DNA from: Candidatus Hermodarchaeota archaeon
GTDB lineage: Archaea; Asgardarchaeota; Heimdallarchaeia; Hodarchaeales; Hodarchaeaceae
DNA: 32,000 nt
Direction of reading: 5' to 3'
Assembly: GCA_048886185.1 (NCBI GenBank)
Contig: JBHLKY010000018.1
Coordinates: forward strand, 1-32,000
Positions 18,531 to 27,853 of this stretch are shown piece after piece; the stretch's first letter is position 1, and the number at the start of each line of letters is the position of its first letter. The notes beneath the pieces are model-generated. The model saw only the letters and a list, made by a program, of their open reading frames with translations. It did not search any database and was not told the DNA's origin. The position numbers and the translations under genes were made by a program.

Positions 18531-19628
18531 TCATAATTCATCATAAAATTCTTTCATCTCCTCCAATTCTTCCTTTAAACTTGGATATTTATTAATTTCA
18601 GTCTCAGGAGGAAAAGAAAGTTTTTCAGCAATGATAGATTTCTTAAAACCAAGAGTATCACGAACTTCCTGCTCAATGCTAGCAAATTTAGTCTTTGATT
18701 CAAGATATCTCATAATTCTTAGTCTAAGTTTACTCTCGTCCTTTTTCCACTCTTTAGTGAACCTTCCATCTTCAATTTCTTTGAGAATGACTCTTTGTAT
18801 TTCTTCAACTTCTTTAGCCACTTTTTGAAATTTCATTCCTCGTGTCATCTGTCCATATTGGGATGTTTGAGAATGGAAATTCATTTGTCTAATCATGCCG
18901 ACATCGATGATCTTATCCACCGTGAACCCACCTTCTCCTGATAGAATTAGTTCAATAAAAATAGCCTCAGGTGGATATCCATCTTCAATCAATCTGAGAA
19001 TAGATCTCATAAGAACTTGAGTCAGAGCATATGTAAATGTTTGAGTGACAAAAAGACTTAATACTGCTTGTTGTTTGAATGTAACTTCAATCGCGGGTTT
19101 TATTAATCCTCCAATTCCCCTGACGAGGGCTAATAGAGTTTTTTTCGCAAGACCTGTAAAATCCTGATAAATCCCCACAAAGGAATAATATCCTTTTTTA
19201 GTAATGAAACTCTCTCTTATAACAATTCCAGGAACTCTAGGAGAGATAAGGATAACATCTACATTTTTGGGGGGAGAAATCATATCATAGGCGACTGTAT
19301 ACCCACTGCCAAACACAAGCGTATGCTTATCCTTCAAATACGGCTTTACCTGGTCATTAAAGATTCTTACCATATCATCATCTGATACAAGTAAGAAGAG
19401 AATATCTGATTTTTCTATTATTTCAGGGATTTCACCAATGGAAAATCCATCATTTTTAGCTCGTTGTTTGTAGATATCATTCTGTGGCCCTATTATGACC
19501 TGCAAACCTGAATCTTGTAAATTTAAAGCTTGAGCACGAGCTTGATTACCATAACCTATTATAGCTATTATTTTATCCTTCAAGAGTGATAGGTTTCCCT
19601 CTTCTGTATAATAAATAGAAGTCATCAT
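18531..19628 (-). CDS. Ketol-acid reductoisomerase (class I IlvC)-like protein, subunit B: cis residues lost, trans residues intact
   Basis: GYGNQA, LVSDD, FGSGY and TFKQQAVLSLFVTQ are degenerate. IELILSGE and HSQTSQYG are intact. Confidence 0.9.
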   Translation of the reverse strand: MMTSIYYTEEGNLSLLKDKIIAIIGYGNQARAQALNLQDSGLQVIIGPQNDIYKQRAKNDGFSIGEIPEIIEKSDILFLLVSDDDMVRIFNDQVKPYLKDKHTLVFGSGYTVAYDMISPPKNVDVILISPRVPGIVIRESFITKKGYYSFVGIYQDFTGLAKKTLLALVRGIGGLIKPAIEVTFKQQAVLSLFVTQTFTYALTQVLMRSILRLIEDGYPPEAIFIELILSGEGGFTVDKIIDVGMIRQMNFHSQTSQYGQMTRGMKFQKVAKEVEEIQRVILKEIEDGRFTKEWKKDESKLRLRIMRYLESKTKFASIEQEVRDTLGFKKSIIAEKLSFPPETEINKYPSLKEELEEMKEFYDEL

Positions 19629-19678
19629 GTATTACCCATTAATTTTCTCTTTTACTATTAATTTCTGATAATGGAGTA

Positions 19679-21115
19679 TTAAATAATGTAGAAAGCCTTG
19701 AGGAGGAAGAATCCATAGAAGATTATTGAAAGACATATGATTATTACCTCAAAAATGGAAAAACGATATTCTTTAGGCAACAATATGTAATTAACCGCAA
19801 GTAGGCCAATAGAAAAAATAACACCACCAATATTTGCCAATGATCCAGCTAGGAGAACCATGGTTACAGGAGGAGTACCTATAATAATTATGAAAATCCA
19901 GAGTACGATAAAAATACCAAGAATTCCGTAATAAACGGGGCGAATATCCCCCCTAAAACGCTCATGAAGACTTGGGAAACTATTCCAGATAATATTCGCA
20001 AACTGTCGTATAATACCATCAACGACACCTGTTCCATCAGCAAAAAACACTAAAGCAAACATAATTAGAATTAAGGCCCAAGAGAAAACTATGACTGTAC
20101 CTAAGTTTTGAGCGAGGCTAGCGGTAAATCCAAAGATGTTTTCAGTGGCTGCTTCGGAGGGAACATAATAGTAAAAAAGAGCACAAGGGAATAACATTGT
20201 AATCAAACTCCCAAAAAAGAAAATTGGTATTAATTCCAATAGAATATATTTGTACCATTTTTTTACCCGTTGTTTATTCTCCTCATCTACTTTTGGCATA
20301 TATCCTTTTACTAAGAAGTCTACTTTTTCACCTCCAAGAGCCCCAGGAATGTGACCCAGTTTAGAGGCCATTCCCCATCCAGTATCACGATAATAAGCGG
20401 AGATACTCATTCCAGCACTGGCAGCAAGGCCTGCAAATCCCGCTACTGCTCCTAATGCTAACCAATCTGCACCCTCAGGCAGGTAACCAAAGCTAAAAAA
20501 CCCAGAAAAAACCTCCACTATCGTTCCAAGTGGAACAGTGAATAGGGTTATGATTATTAGTAGGGGAATGATAATCAAGAAGTGTATAATGAAGAACATT
20601 AATCCTAGAGTTCTCATTACCTTTTTACCTAAAAAAAGTGGAATCAAAATAATTCCTAAAGCAACTAATGTGAAAATAACCCACAAAAATTGACTTTCAG
20701 AAGTGGGAACGTCGTTTATGATCATAGCTACAAAAGTTACTCCAAGTAATGCGGGATAATAAGGAAATATTGCTGATAATGTTCCAAGAACCACCCATAT
20801 AGCTGTCCATCCTTTTTTACTGAACCATAAGCGATTCAATCCAATTTGAAACGGTTCCCCAGTTAGAATAGTATATTTGGAAGCGCTAATAGCTGTTACG
20901 GTCTGTAGAAAAATACTGATGAGTGCTACCCATAAAATGAGAGGCCCATGCCTTACTATTAGATACGGCCCAGATACAAGTTCACCAGTACCTAAACCAA
21001 GTCCTAAAGCGATAATTCCTGGTCCTATAAGAAATTTAAGGTAATCTCGCCAACTTTTTATTTCAAAAGATTCTGGAATATCCGCTACACCAGTAAATTC
21101 TTTATCTGTACCCAT
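19679..21115 (-). CDS. APC-superfamily (Nramp-like) secondary transporter, non-canonical
   Basis: GPGIIALGLGLGTGE TM1 motif, G.LILWV..ISIFLQ and about 11-12 TMs. Lacks the DPGN motif of true MntH/Nramp. Confidence 0.85.
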   Translation of the reverse strand: MGTDKEFTGVADIPESFEIKSWRDYLKFLIGPGIIALGLGLGTGELVSGPYLIVRHGPLILWVALISIFLQTVTAISASKYTILTGEPFQIGLNRLWFSKKGWTAIWVVLGTLSAIFPYYPALLGVTFVAMIINDVPTSESQFLWVIFTLVALGIILIPLFLGKKVMRTLGLMFFIIHFLIIIPLLIIITLFTVPLGTIVEVFSGFFSFGYLPEGADWLALGAVAGFAGLAASAGMSISAYYRDTGWGMASKLGHIPGALGGEKVDFLVKGYMPKVDEENKQRVKKWYKYILLELIPIFFFGSLITMLFPCALFYYYVPSEAATENIFGFTASLAQNLGTVIVFSWALILIMFALVFFADGTGVVDGIIRQFANIIWNSFPSLHERFRGDIRPVYYGILGIFIVLWIFIIIIGTPPVTMVLLAGSLANIGGVIFSIGLLAVNYILLPKEYRFSIFEVIIICLSIIFYGFFLLKAFYII

Positions 21116-21284
21116 TATATTACCTCACTGTATATTTATGCCATTGTTTTTCATCATTCTAAAATTATATGAAATTTTACTAAATTTCACAATAAAATCT
21201 TTAAAGGTTGATCTACTAATCTAATGAAAGACTAAAGATTTGTTACTCCATTATCTACTTTTAGGAATTTCTGGAGTGTTTGAA

Positions 21285-23456
21285 TTGGCAAAAGTAAAAT
21301 TTTCTACAAGGAGTAGAATTGATATAAAACGGTTAGTCCTTCGAATTTTTCGTATTCTGATCTTTCTTCTAGGTGTTTTCTCTATAATATTCTTCTATTT
21401 CGATGTCATTGGCTTAATAATTGGTTTTCTGTTTTTCTTAGTTTTTAAGGGTGATTGGAAACTTCATGGATTAGTACTCGCGTTTTCAACGGCAATCTCA
21501 TCATTATTACCACAAAGAGGTATAGCAGATATCACAGGTATATATCCCTTATATCTTGTGATTCTTACAGGGTGGGGGATGATTTGTACATACTTTCTAA
21601 TATTTATTCTTTTTAGAATTGCCTCAAAGTATGAGTTCTTTACTCAGTGGAGATCTACATTACATCAAAAACTGAATTATTACAAATTTCCCCAGAAATA
21701 TAACTCTTATTTTCTTATTGGTCTAATTCTCATTCCTATTACAATTTGGATGAATATAAACATAAATTTTTCTGTTATACTTGATAATAACCCCAAACTC
21801 TTATGGATTAATGCACCTTCAACTGTTGACGAAAATACTTCTTTTAATATCACAGTTGAAGCTTGGGATCGTTTTGAGAGATTAAGTGCGATATATCAAG
21901 GAACAGTTGCATTTTCTTTGGAATCATATAATTTAACGACATTAACTCCCCTTTCTGTTGTAATAGCAGAACTTCCTTCTGATTATACATTCACAGGACA
22001 GTTTCTCCCTTCGGATATCGCCTATAACATTAATAATGGTAAAGATAATGGATTGCATGTATTTAATGTAAAAATTGATACTCCTGGTATCCACTATATT
22101 CTCGTACAAGATTCTGTAACCCGCAATAAATACTATAGCAATCCAATTGTGGTTCAAGATACAGAGATTAACATTTATTGGGGAGATATTCATAATCATT
22201 CATATTTAAGTGATGGAAGTGGATCTGTAACCCATGCATACTACTATGCAAGGTATATTGCCTGTTTAGATTATTTCGCACTGACAGATCATGGTGAGAT
22301 AGTCTCCTTTGTAAATAATGGTTTCAGAAATTATCAGATTTCAACTGAGAACGCTTATGAATCAAATAAATTTGTAACTTTTCATGGGATGGAATACACT
22401 AATCATCAAACTGGGCATTTTGCATGCATTTTCAACAGCATCAATCTGCCTGAAGATCCCATAATCTCATCCTATGCAGGAATTAGTACACCATTTGATT
22501 TGTGGAGTATTTTGGATAATTTTACGGTATCAACGGGTGATAGGGTGCTGGCATTACCTCACCATTGTGTGAAGCGAAGTTATATGCAAGATTGGACATA
22601 TATGAATCCCAATTACGTTAAGATTGCAGAAGTAACATCTGTCCATGGGGATTCTCTCTTTGAACCAAGCCATCCACTGAGTTACCGAGGATCTACAGTC
22701 CCACCTCCTAAACACACAAATGGTTGTTCCATTATAGATGCTTTGAAAATGGGTTATCGATTATCCCTATATGCTAGTAGTGATAGCCATGATGGCCATC
22801 CAGGACATTCAATATCTCATACCCCTGCACATGTTGCTCATCAAAATCCCTGGACAACATGGTGGACAAGAATTGACAAACCCTATCCTGGGGGATTAAC
22901 CGCAGTCTATGCTCATAGATTAACTCGAAGAACTGTATTTTCATCGTTAGAAGAACGGAGAATTTTCGCTAATTCAGATCATGGACGTCCAATATTAGAT
23001 TTTACTATTAATGATCTAACAGTAGGAGAATCAAATTCAACTCTCATAGTTGTAAATGCCACTGTTCCCCGTCATATTGAAGTATTTCTAGCTCAAGATG
23101 GTTCCCCAGCAAGTACTAAGCGCTCAGCTGCTTCTGTAAACCCAAATTGGAAACCTAATTGGAATGCTACTATTGAAATCATAAAAAATGGAGAAATTCT
23201 TACGCAGATCCTGATCACTAATCCAATAAGTGCTGTGACTTTTGTAGATAACTCTCCAGTTAGCGGTACAAAATATGGAGAAGAAAGCTGTACAAAGAGA
23301 GGAAATAACTATTATATCAACAAGTTTAGTGATAACCCGGTAGAAAAACCAGAGGATCTTAAGACCAATAGTAGCGATTTTTACTTAATCAGAGTCGTTG
23401 GAGCGAATGGACGTCATTCATTTATTGGGCCTATCTGGGTAGAAGTAATGCAATAA
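21285..23456 (+). CDS. Membrane-anchored PHP-fold metallohydrolase (CehA/McbA-, DUF3604-like) with an Ig-like linker
   Basis: N-terminal TM bundle, then a beta-rich linker, then YWGDIHNHSYLSDG, LDYFALTDH, GMEYT, GH, PHH, EVTSVHG and ASSDSHDGHPG metal-binding motifs. Many sequons. Start placed at TTG 21285 behind GGAGTG. Confidence 0.85.
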   Translation: MAKVKFSTRSRIDIKRLVLRIFRILIFLLGVFSIIFFYFDVIGLIIGFLFFLVFKGDWKLHGLVLAFSTAISSLLPQRGIADITGIYPLYLVILTGWGMICTYFLIFILFRIASKYEFFTQWRSTLHQKLNYYKFPQKYNSYFLIGLILIPITIWMNININFSVILDNNPKLLWINAPSTVDENTSFNITVEAWDRFERLSAIYQGTVAFSLESYNLTTLTPLSVVIAELPSDYTFTGQFLPSDIAYNINNGKDNGLHVFNVKIDTPGIHYILVQDSVTRNKYYSNPIVVQDTEINIYWGDIHNHSYLSDGSGSVTHAYYYARYIACLDYFALTDHGEIVSFVNNGFRNYQISTENAYESNKFVTFHGMEYTNHQTGHFACIFNSINLPEDPIISSYAGISTPFDLWSILDNFTVSTGDRVLALPHHCVKRSYMQDWTYMNPNYVKIAEVTSVHGDSLFEPSHPLSYRGSTVPPPKHTNGCSIIDALKMGYRLSLYASSDSHDGHPGHSISHTPAHVAHQNPWTTWWTRIDKPYPGGLTAVYAHRLTRRTVFSSLEERRIFANSDHGRPILDFTINDLTVGESNSTLIVVNATVPRHIEVFLAQDGSPASTKRSAASVNPNWKPNWNATIEIIKNGEILTQILITNPISAVTFVDNSPVSGTKYGEESCTKRGNNYYINKFSDNPVEKPEDLKTNSSDFYLIRVVGANGRHSFIGPIWVEVMQ

Positions 23457-23479
23457 ATTGCACTTTGGAGTATATATTC

Positions 23480-23789
23480 ATGTCCTTAAAGGATTATAAT
23501 ACTATTGTCTTGTTCACATGGGAAGTTAATGACCGTCTTAAGGGGTATCTAAAAGATAATCTTGAGAATACTCCAAAAAAACCATCTTCCCAATCTTGAC
23601 GATCAGGGCTGTAAATATCCTTATAAATTCCCGTTTCACACCTTGGATAATGTTATCTTATCTCCTCATCGCGCAGCATCCCCTTTTAGTGATCTAGAAA
23701 GATGAATTGAAGTTATTGAGAATATATTACGATTAAATTATGGAGAACAATCCTTTCTTAACGTGATTGACCTAGAACAGGAATACTGA
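23480..23789 (+). pseudogene. Internally deleted D-2-hydroxyacid dehydrogenase remnant
   Basis: About 30 N-terminal codons (MSLKDYNTIVLFTWEV...) are joined out of frame near the A7 run at 23575-23581 to a C-terminal piece YPYKFPFHTLDNVILSPHRAASPFSDLER*IEVIENILRL...FLNVIDLEQEY*. That piece has the (S/T)PH catalytic-His motif and an internal TGA at 23703. Confidence 0.8.
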
Positions 23790-23870
23790 TCCTGAAATAA
23801 AAGAATAGGAGTAAATAGAGGTGGAAAAGACTTTGAACAAACCAAAAGCCTTAATGGAGCTGAATATTAA

Positions 23871-24716
23871 ATGAGTATAGAATTACCTGAAGCACTAATC
23901 CTCACCAAACAGATGACCAAAGAATTAGTAGGAAAACAAATACATTCATGGTATTTACAGGATTTTGAGAGATTAATCAAAGTTGGTTTCCTGAATAAGA
24001 ATATTAAAGATTTTGATCAGTTGGTTAAAGGGAAAGTACAATCAGTTGTTTCTAGAGGTAATAGTATTGTTGTAAAACTTGATAATAAAATGAATCTTCT
24101 TCTTGCACCAGAGTATGGTGGAAAGATCCTTTATCATGAAAAAAATGTCACAATTCCAAAGAAAGTCCATTTACTAGTACAGTTTTCTGACAACACCTCA
24201 TTAACAGTGAGACTAACGAGTATGGGATGCATATATGCTGCTAATGATAAAGAATTGAAACAATTGTACATTTATGAACGAGATTTTTCTGGTACCTTGT
24301 CACCTATAGACGTTGAATTTACATTCAAGCGTTTTTCCCAATTAATAGCTGGAATGAGAAGAAATATTAAGTCAGTACTTGTTGGAAAGGAAGCAGTAAT
24401 AGTAGGTGTCTCAAACAGTGCTTTTCAAGATATTATCTACAGAGCGAAAATCCATCCTAAAGTGAAGGTATCTGAACTTACTACTGATGAGAGAAAAACA
24501 GTTTTCTACGCTATCAAGACACTTATTCAGGAGAGAATTAAGTTTGGAGGTAAAGACCAGTTTCTTGACTTATATGGCAATTCAGGGAAGTACATACCTA
24601 CAATGGGACCAAATATGAAGAATAAAGCCTGCCATCATTGTGGAACAACCATTGAGAAGTTAAGTATGGGTGGAGGACAAGTTTATTACTGCCCAAGGTG
24701 TCAAGTACCTAAATAG
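23871..24716 (+). CDS. Fpg/Nei-family DNA glycosylase/AP lyase-like protein with atypical catalytic residues
   Basis: ELPE N-terminus, H2TH region (GVSNSAFQDIIYRAKIHP) and C-terminal zinc finger CHHC...CPRCQ. Confidence 0.88.
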   Translation: MSIELPEALILTKQMTKELVGKQIHSWYLQDFERLIKVGFLNKNIKDFDQLVKGKVQSVVSRGNSIVVKLDNKMNLLLAPEYGGKILYHEKNVTIPKKVHLLVQFSDNTSLTVRLTSMGCIYAANDKELKQLYIYERDFSGTLSPIDVEFTFKRFSQLIAGMRRNIKSVLVGKEAVIVGVSNSAFQDIIYRAKIHPKVKVSELTTDERKTVFYAIKTLIQERIKFGGKDQFLDLYGNSGKYIPTMGPNMKNKACHHCGTTIEKLSMGGGQVYYCPRCQVPK

Positions 24717-24790
24717 CTATTTAAAACAAATGTTTTAATGAGAAGAAAAACCTCTAATTATTTTACTCTTATGAAACGAGATGAAAAATC

Positions 24791-25126
24791 ATGTCTTTTA
24801 TTAATCTTAAAGAAGTTACTGATAGAGAAGTTGTCCCTGGATTTAAAGGGAAATTTATCCATACTAAAAACGTTACAGTAGTCCATTGGGCAATAGTTGC
24901 AGGATCAAAGCTTTCTGAACATAATCATCCCCATGAACAGATAACAAATATTATTGAAGGACAATTAGAACTGACCATGGAGGGAAAAACGAAAATATTA
25001 AATCCAGGGGAAGTAGTAGTCGTTCCTTCAAATGTTAAACACCGTGGAAAAGCAATTTCTGATTGCATTGTAATTGATGTATTTTATCCTGTTAGAGAAG
25101 ATTATAAGGTTGAATTAAACGGGTGA
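24791..25126 (+). CDS. Cupin domain protein (KdgF-like monocupin)
   Basis: HNHPHEQ...IEGQLEL...PSNVKHRG...DVFYPVREDY. Confidence 0.9.
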   Translation: MSFINLKEVTDREVVPGFKGKFIHTKNVTVVHWAIVAGSKLSEHNHPHEQITNIIEGQLELTMEGKTKILNPGEVVVVPSNVKHRGKAISDCIVIDVFYPVREDYKVELNG

Positions 25127-25150
25127 GACCCTCGACTGGAAAGAGGCTTA

Positions 25151-25641
25151 ATGATGAGTGATCAATATTCGAAAAAATTCATTTTTCCCTCGGTTTTAGG
25201 AAGCTTGGGCTTTTTAACAATTTTGATCTCTGAATTCATTGTCTTGCTTCATGGTTCGAAAATTGTTCAAGTTACTTGGATTGCTAGTGGTCTTGTTTTG
25301 GCTTCAACTATTGTTATTAGGTTTTATTCCATTGACCTCGATTTTTTTCATAAAATTATTCGAGAAACCAATCCATTAAAGAATAAAACGCTACATTCGT
25401 CACGTTTCTTGAACTGGATTGTCATAGCAATAGCTATTGGACGACACTTCGCTGGATGATGGTTATTGCCTCCCTTTTATTTGTATTCTCTGACACATTA
25501 GTTGGTAACGCAAGGTATGGTCTAATTCGTATCGAAATGGATCAATTGATTGATGTCACTTATGTACTTAACATTGTGCTTATGTCTCATGCGATTCTTT
25601 TCCTTAAAGATCCTTCTGGGCAAACACCAATAAAAGATTAG
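25151..25641 (+). pseudogene. Fragmented YhhN/lysoplasmalogenase-like membrane protein
   Basis: Two overlapping frames. The second is open from 25387 (ATFVTFLEL...LRWMMVIASLLFVFSDTLVG...TYVLNIVLM) and carries the LFxxSD motif typical of YhhN. Total length is short for the family. Confidence 0.5.
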
Positions 25642-25775
25642 TATAGTTTGACTGATTATCTTGTAATTGATAGCACTAGACTGGCAGAAGGAGATTATTT
25701 AGCAAGAAGAATTATTTGCCTAAGTAATAACATTCATAATTGAATATCGATTGAAGAAATGATCGAGGTTTCAGT

Positions 25776-26672
25776 ATGGTACCTATCGAAATTAAAGGAT
25801 TTGAACCAAATCGTTTAGAAGAATTAGCAAAGATCCAAACAGAGATCTATAATGCTGCAACTTCCTCTCTACCCAATTCTCCAGCAAAAGTTGAAGACAC
25901 CATTGCCCGTTTCAAAAGAGAAGCTTTTGATCAAAGTCGAATGTTTTATGCTTATAAGGGTGATCAAATTGTTGGTTATTCAGGATTAACTGGAAAGGAT
26001 ACTGAACAAAATTTACGAGGAATAGGTTATCCTTGGCTTACTGAAGGGACCGACACGAGCGTTAGGGATCTTCTTTATGAAACTATGGTGAAAAAATGCC
26101 GTGATGAAGGCACCAAGCTCTTACGAGTCTTTTATTCCCTTAACTATCCTGATCAACTCGAATTTTTTAAATCAAAAGGATTTGAGTTAAAACATGAATT
26201 CCTAGTACATGAAAAAGATCTCACGAAAAATGATTATGAGTTGCCTGCTGGATATATCTTCCGTCCATTGAAGCGTGAAGATCTCCCCATCCTTGAGGAA
26301 GTGTCACGAAAAGATCCAAAAATGAAAAGCCCTTTTGTAGCTTCAGATTATGAACAGTATATGGATTCAAGTACATATGATCCTGATAATGTTATAGTAA
26401 CAGAGAAAGATGGTACTGTAGTAGGATTTTTTGGAATATTCATCCCACCTGATCCTGAAAGAGAGAGAGCGTTTTTTGCAGGAGTGGCAATACACGGAGA
26501 TCATCAGGAAATTGAATCCTTTTTAATGAAAGAAGCTGAGAATAGAGCCCTCGCAAAAGGAAAACAAAAGATGGATATCACCTTCTATCCTGATTCTCCC
26601 CGTTTGCCGTTTGCGCAAAAGCAAGGTTATAAGCAATATAGTCACAGCTACCAATTGGAAAAAAAACTTTAG
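25776..26672 (+). CDS. Tandem-domain GNAT family N-acetyltransferase
   Basis: Two GNAT folds: MFYAYKGDQIVGYS...FFKSKGF and VIVTEKDGTVVGFF...FAQKQGY. Confidence 0.85.
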   Translation: MVPIEIKGFEPNRLEELAKIQTEIYNAATSSLPNSPAKVEDTIARFKREAFDQSRMFYAYKGDQIVGYSGLTGKDTEQNLRGIGYPWLTEGTDTSVRDLLYETMVKKCRDEGTKLLRVFYSLNYPDQLEFFKSKGFELKHEFLVHEKDLTKNDYELPAGYIFRPLKREDLPILEEVSRKDPKMKSPFVASDYEQYMDSSTYDPDNVIVTEKDGTVVGFFGIFIPPDPERERAFFAGVAIHGDHQEIESFLMKEAENRALAKGKQKMDITFYPDSPRLPFAQKQGYKQYSHSYQLEKKL

Positions 26673-26836
26673 GCTAACTTGTAATTTCGAGAAGAATTAG
26701 ATGATTATCATCAATATGACTATGAATAGCGTGTTATTTTGCTAAAAGTATGAGTACCAACTAATACCAAATCTTAAGTCTCAAGCGCATAAAAACATGC
26801 TAAAATTTCAGTGATCGATTTACTAATATAGTTTCA

Positions 26837-27853
26837 ATGGTAAACTTCCTTCTGATCAGATTGCGTAAGAAAATTTTTTTTCTTTTAATCATAATATTCT
26901 CATATCCCTATTCATTTTCATGTATTACTCAGAGGAATGCTCAGGGATCAACTTTTTATACTCAGGAGAATGTTAAAGGGCCTAATTCTCTTAAATGGCA
27001 TGAAAATTTAAAATTAGACACTATCCTAGGTTGGCAATTGACCGAATACTTCCTAAATGGTACACCTTTTTCAATTGCAAAGATTATGATAAAAGAATTT
27101 GATGTAGTACAAATTGGTTTTGTCCGAGACCCACCCAGTAGTGCAAGAGAATTCTTCGCTCTAGATGCTTTAGCATTCAACTACAAACCACCGATTTGGT
27201 TAAATCTTTTTATAGATAGTATGTGGATCGATCTAGATTTAATAGAATTCAACCTTGAAATAGGTAAAAATGATGAACTATCATTTTTACAGCTATTTAT
27301 TCTACCAATTGAGTATATTTTTAAAAACGGTAGCTCTTTATCTCTCGATTACTTTTTAGATGTCTTTGGAACAGTAATTTTCAACTTTCAAGATTATTCT
27401 GTTTCTTCAGAAAATTCTTTCTTTATTGTGGAATGGGGAGTAGGAAAAGGAATCAATTATACAACTTATTCTTACACAATTTCTCAAACCACAGGAGTTA
27501 CAACACGCTTTTCTTGGAATACTTCTGATTTTAGGATGATTTGGAACTTCTGTGATGAAGCATCAAATTTTGACCTCAATGGCAGGTTTGATCTATTAGC
27601 AGATCGCTATTCTGTGAGACTCTCGTATCCAGTAACAACTCCTATAGAATTTGTAATCCTAATTTTTCTCTTCTTGATTCCTATTAGTCTTTTAGTTCTA
27701 AAAATATCTCTTGATAAATTGGAAAAGCTGATTATCCATGAACAGTCAATAACAACATCAGATCCTCATAGAATCCATTACTTAATGAAAAAATCCAGAT
27801 TTCCTTATCATAAAAACCTCAATAAACCAAGGAAGAATAATAAAAGTTCCTAA
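26837..27853 (+). CDS. Hypothetical surface/secreted protein with an N-terminal signal and C-terminal TM anchor
   Basis: Basic plus hydrophobic N-terminus, sequons, C-terminal TM (IEFVILIFLFLIPISLLVL) and a basic tail. Confidence 0.7.
   Translation: MVNFLLIRLRKKIFFLLIIIFSYPYSFSCITQRNAQGSTFYTQENVKGPNSLKWHENLKLDTILGWQLTEYFLNGTPFSIAKIMIKEFDVVQIGFVRDPPSSAREFFALDALAFNYKPPIWLNLFIDSMWIDLDLIEFNLEIGKNDELSFLQLFILPIEYIFKNGSSLSLDYFLDVFGTVIFNFQDYSVSSENSFFIVEWGVGKGINYTTYSYTISQTTGVTTRFSWNTSDFRMIWNFCDEASNFDLNGRFDLLADRYSVRLSYPVTTPIEFVILIFLFLIPISLLVLKISLDKLEKLIIHEQSITTSDPHRIHYLMKKSRFPYHKNLNKPRKNNKSS

Noticed and set aside
17421-19628. Assigning the symbol ilvC, or calling paralog B a pseudogene
   Set aside because: Neither copy has a full canonical residue set. 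B is full-length and uninterrupted and keeps exactly the trans residues, which argues for selection.
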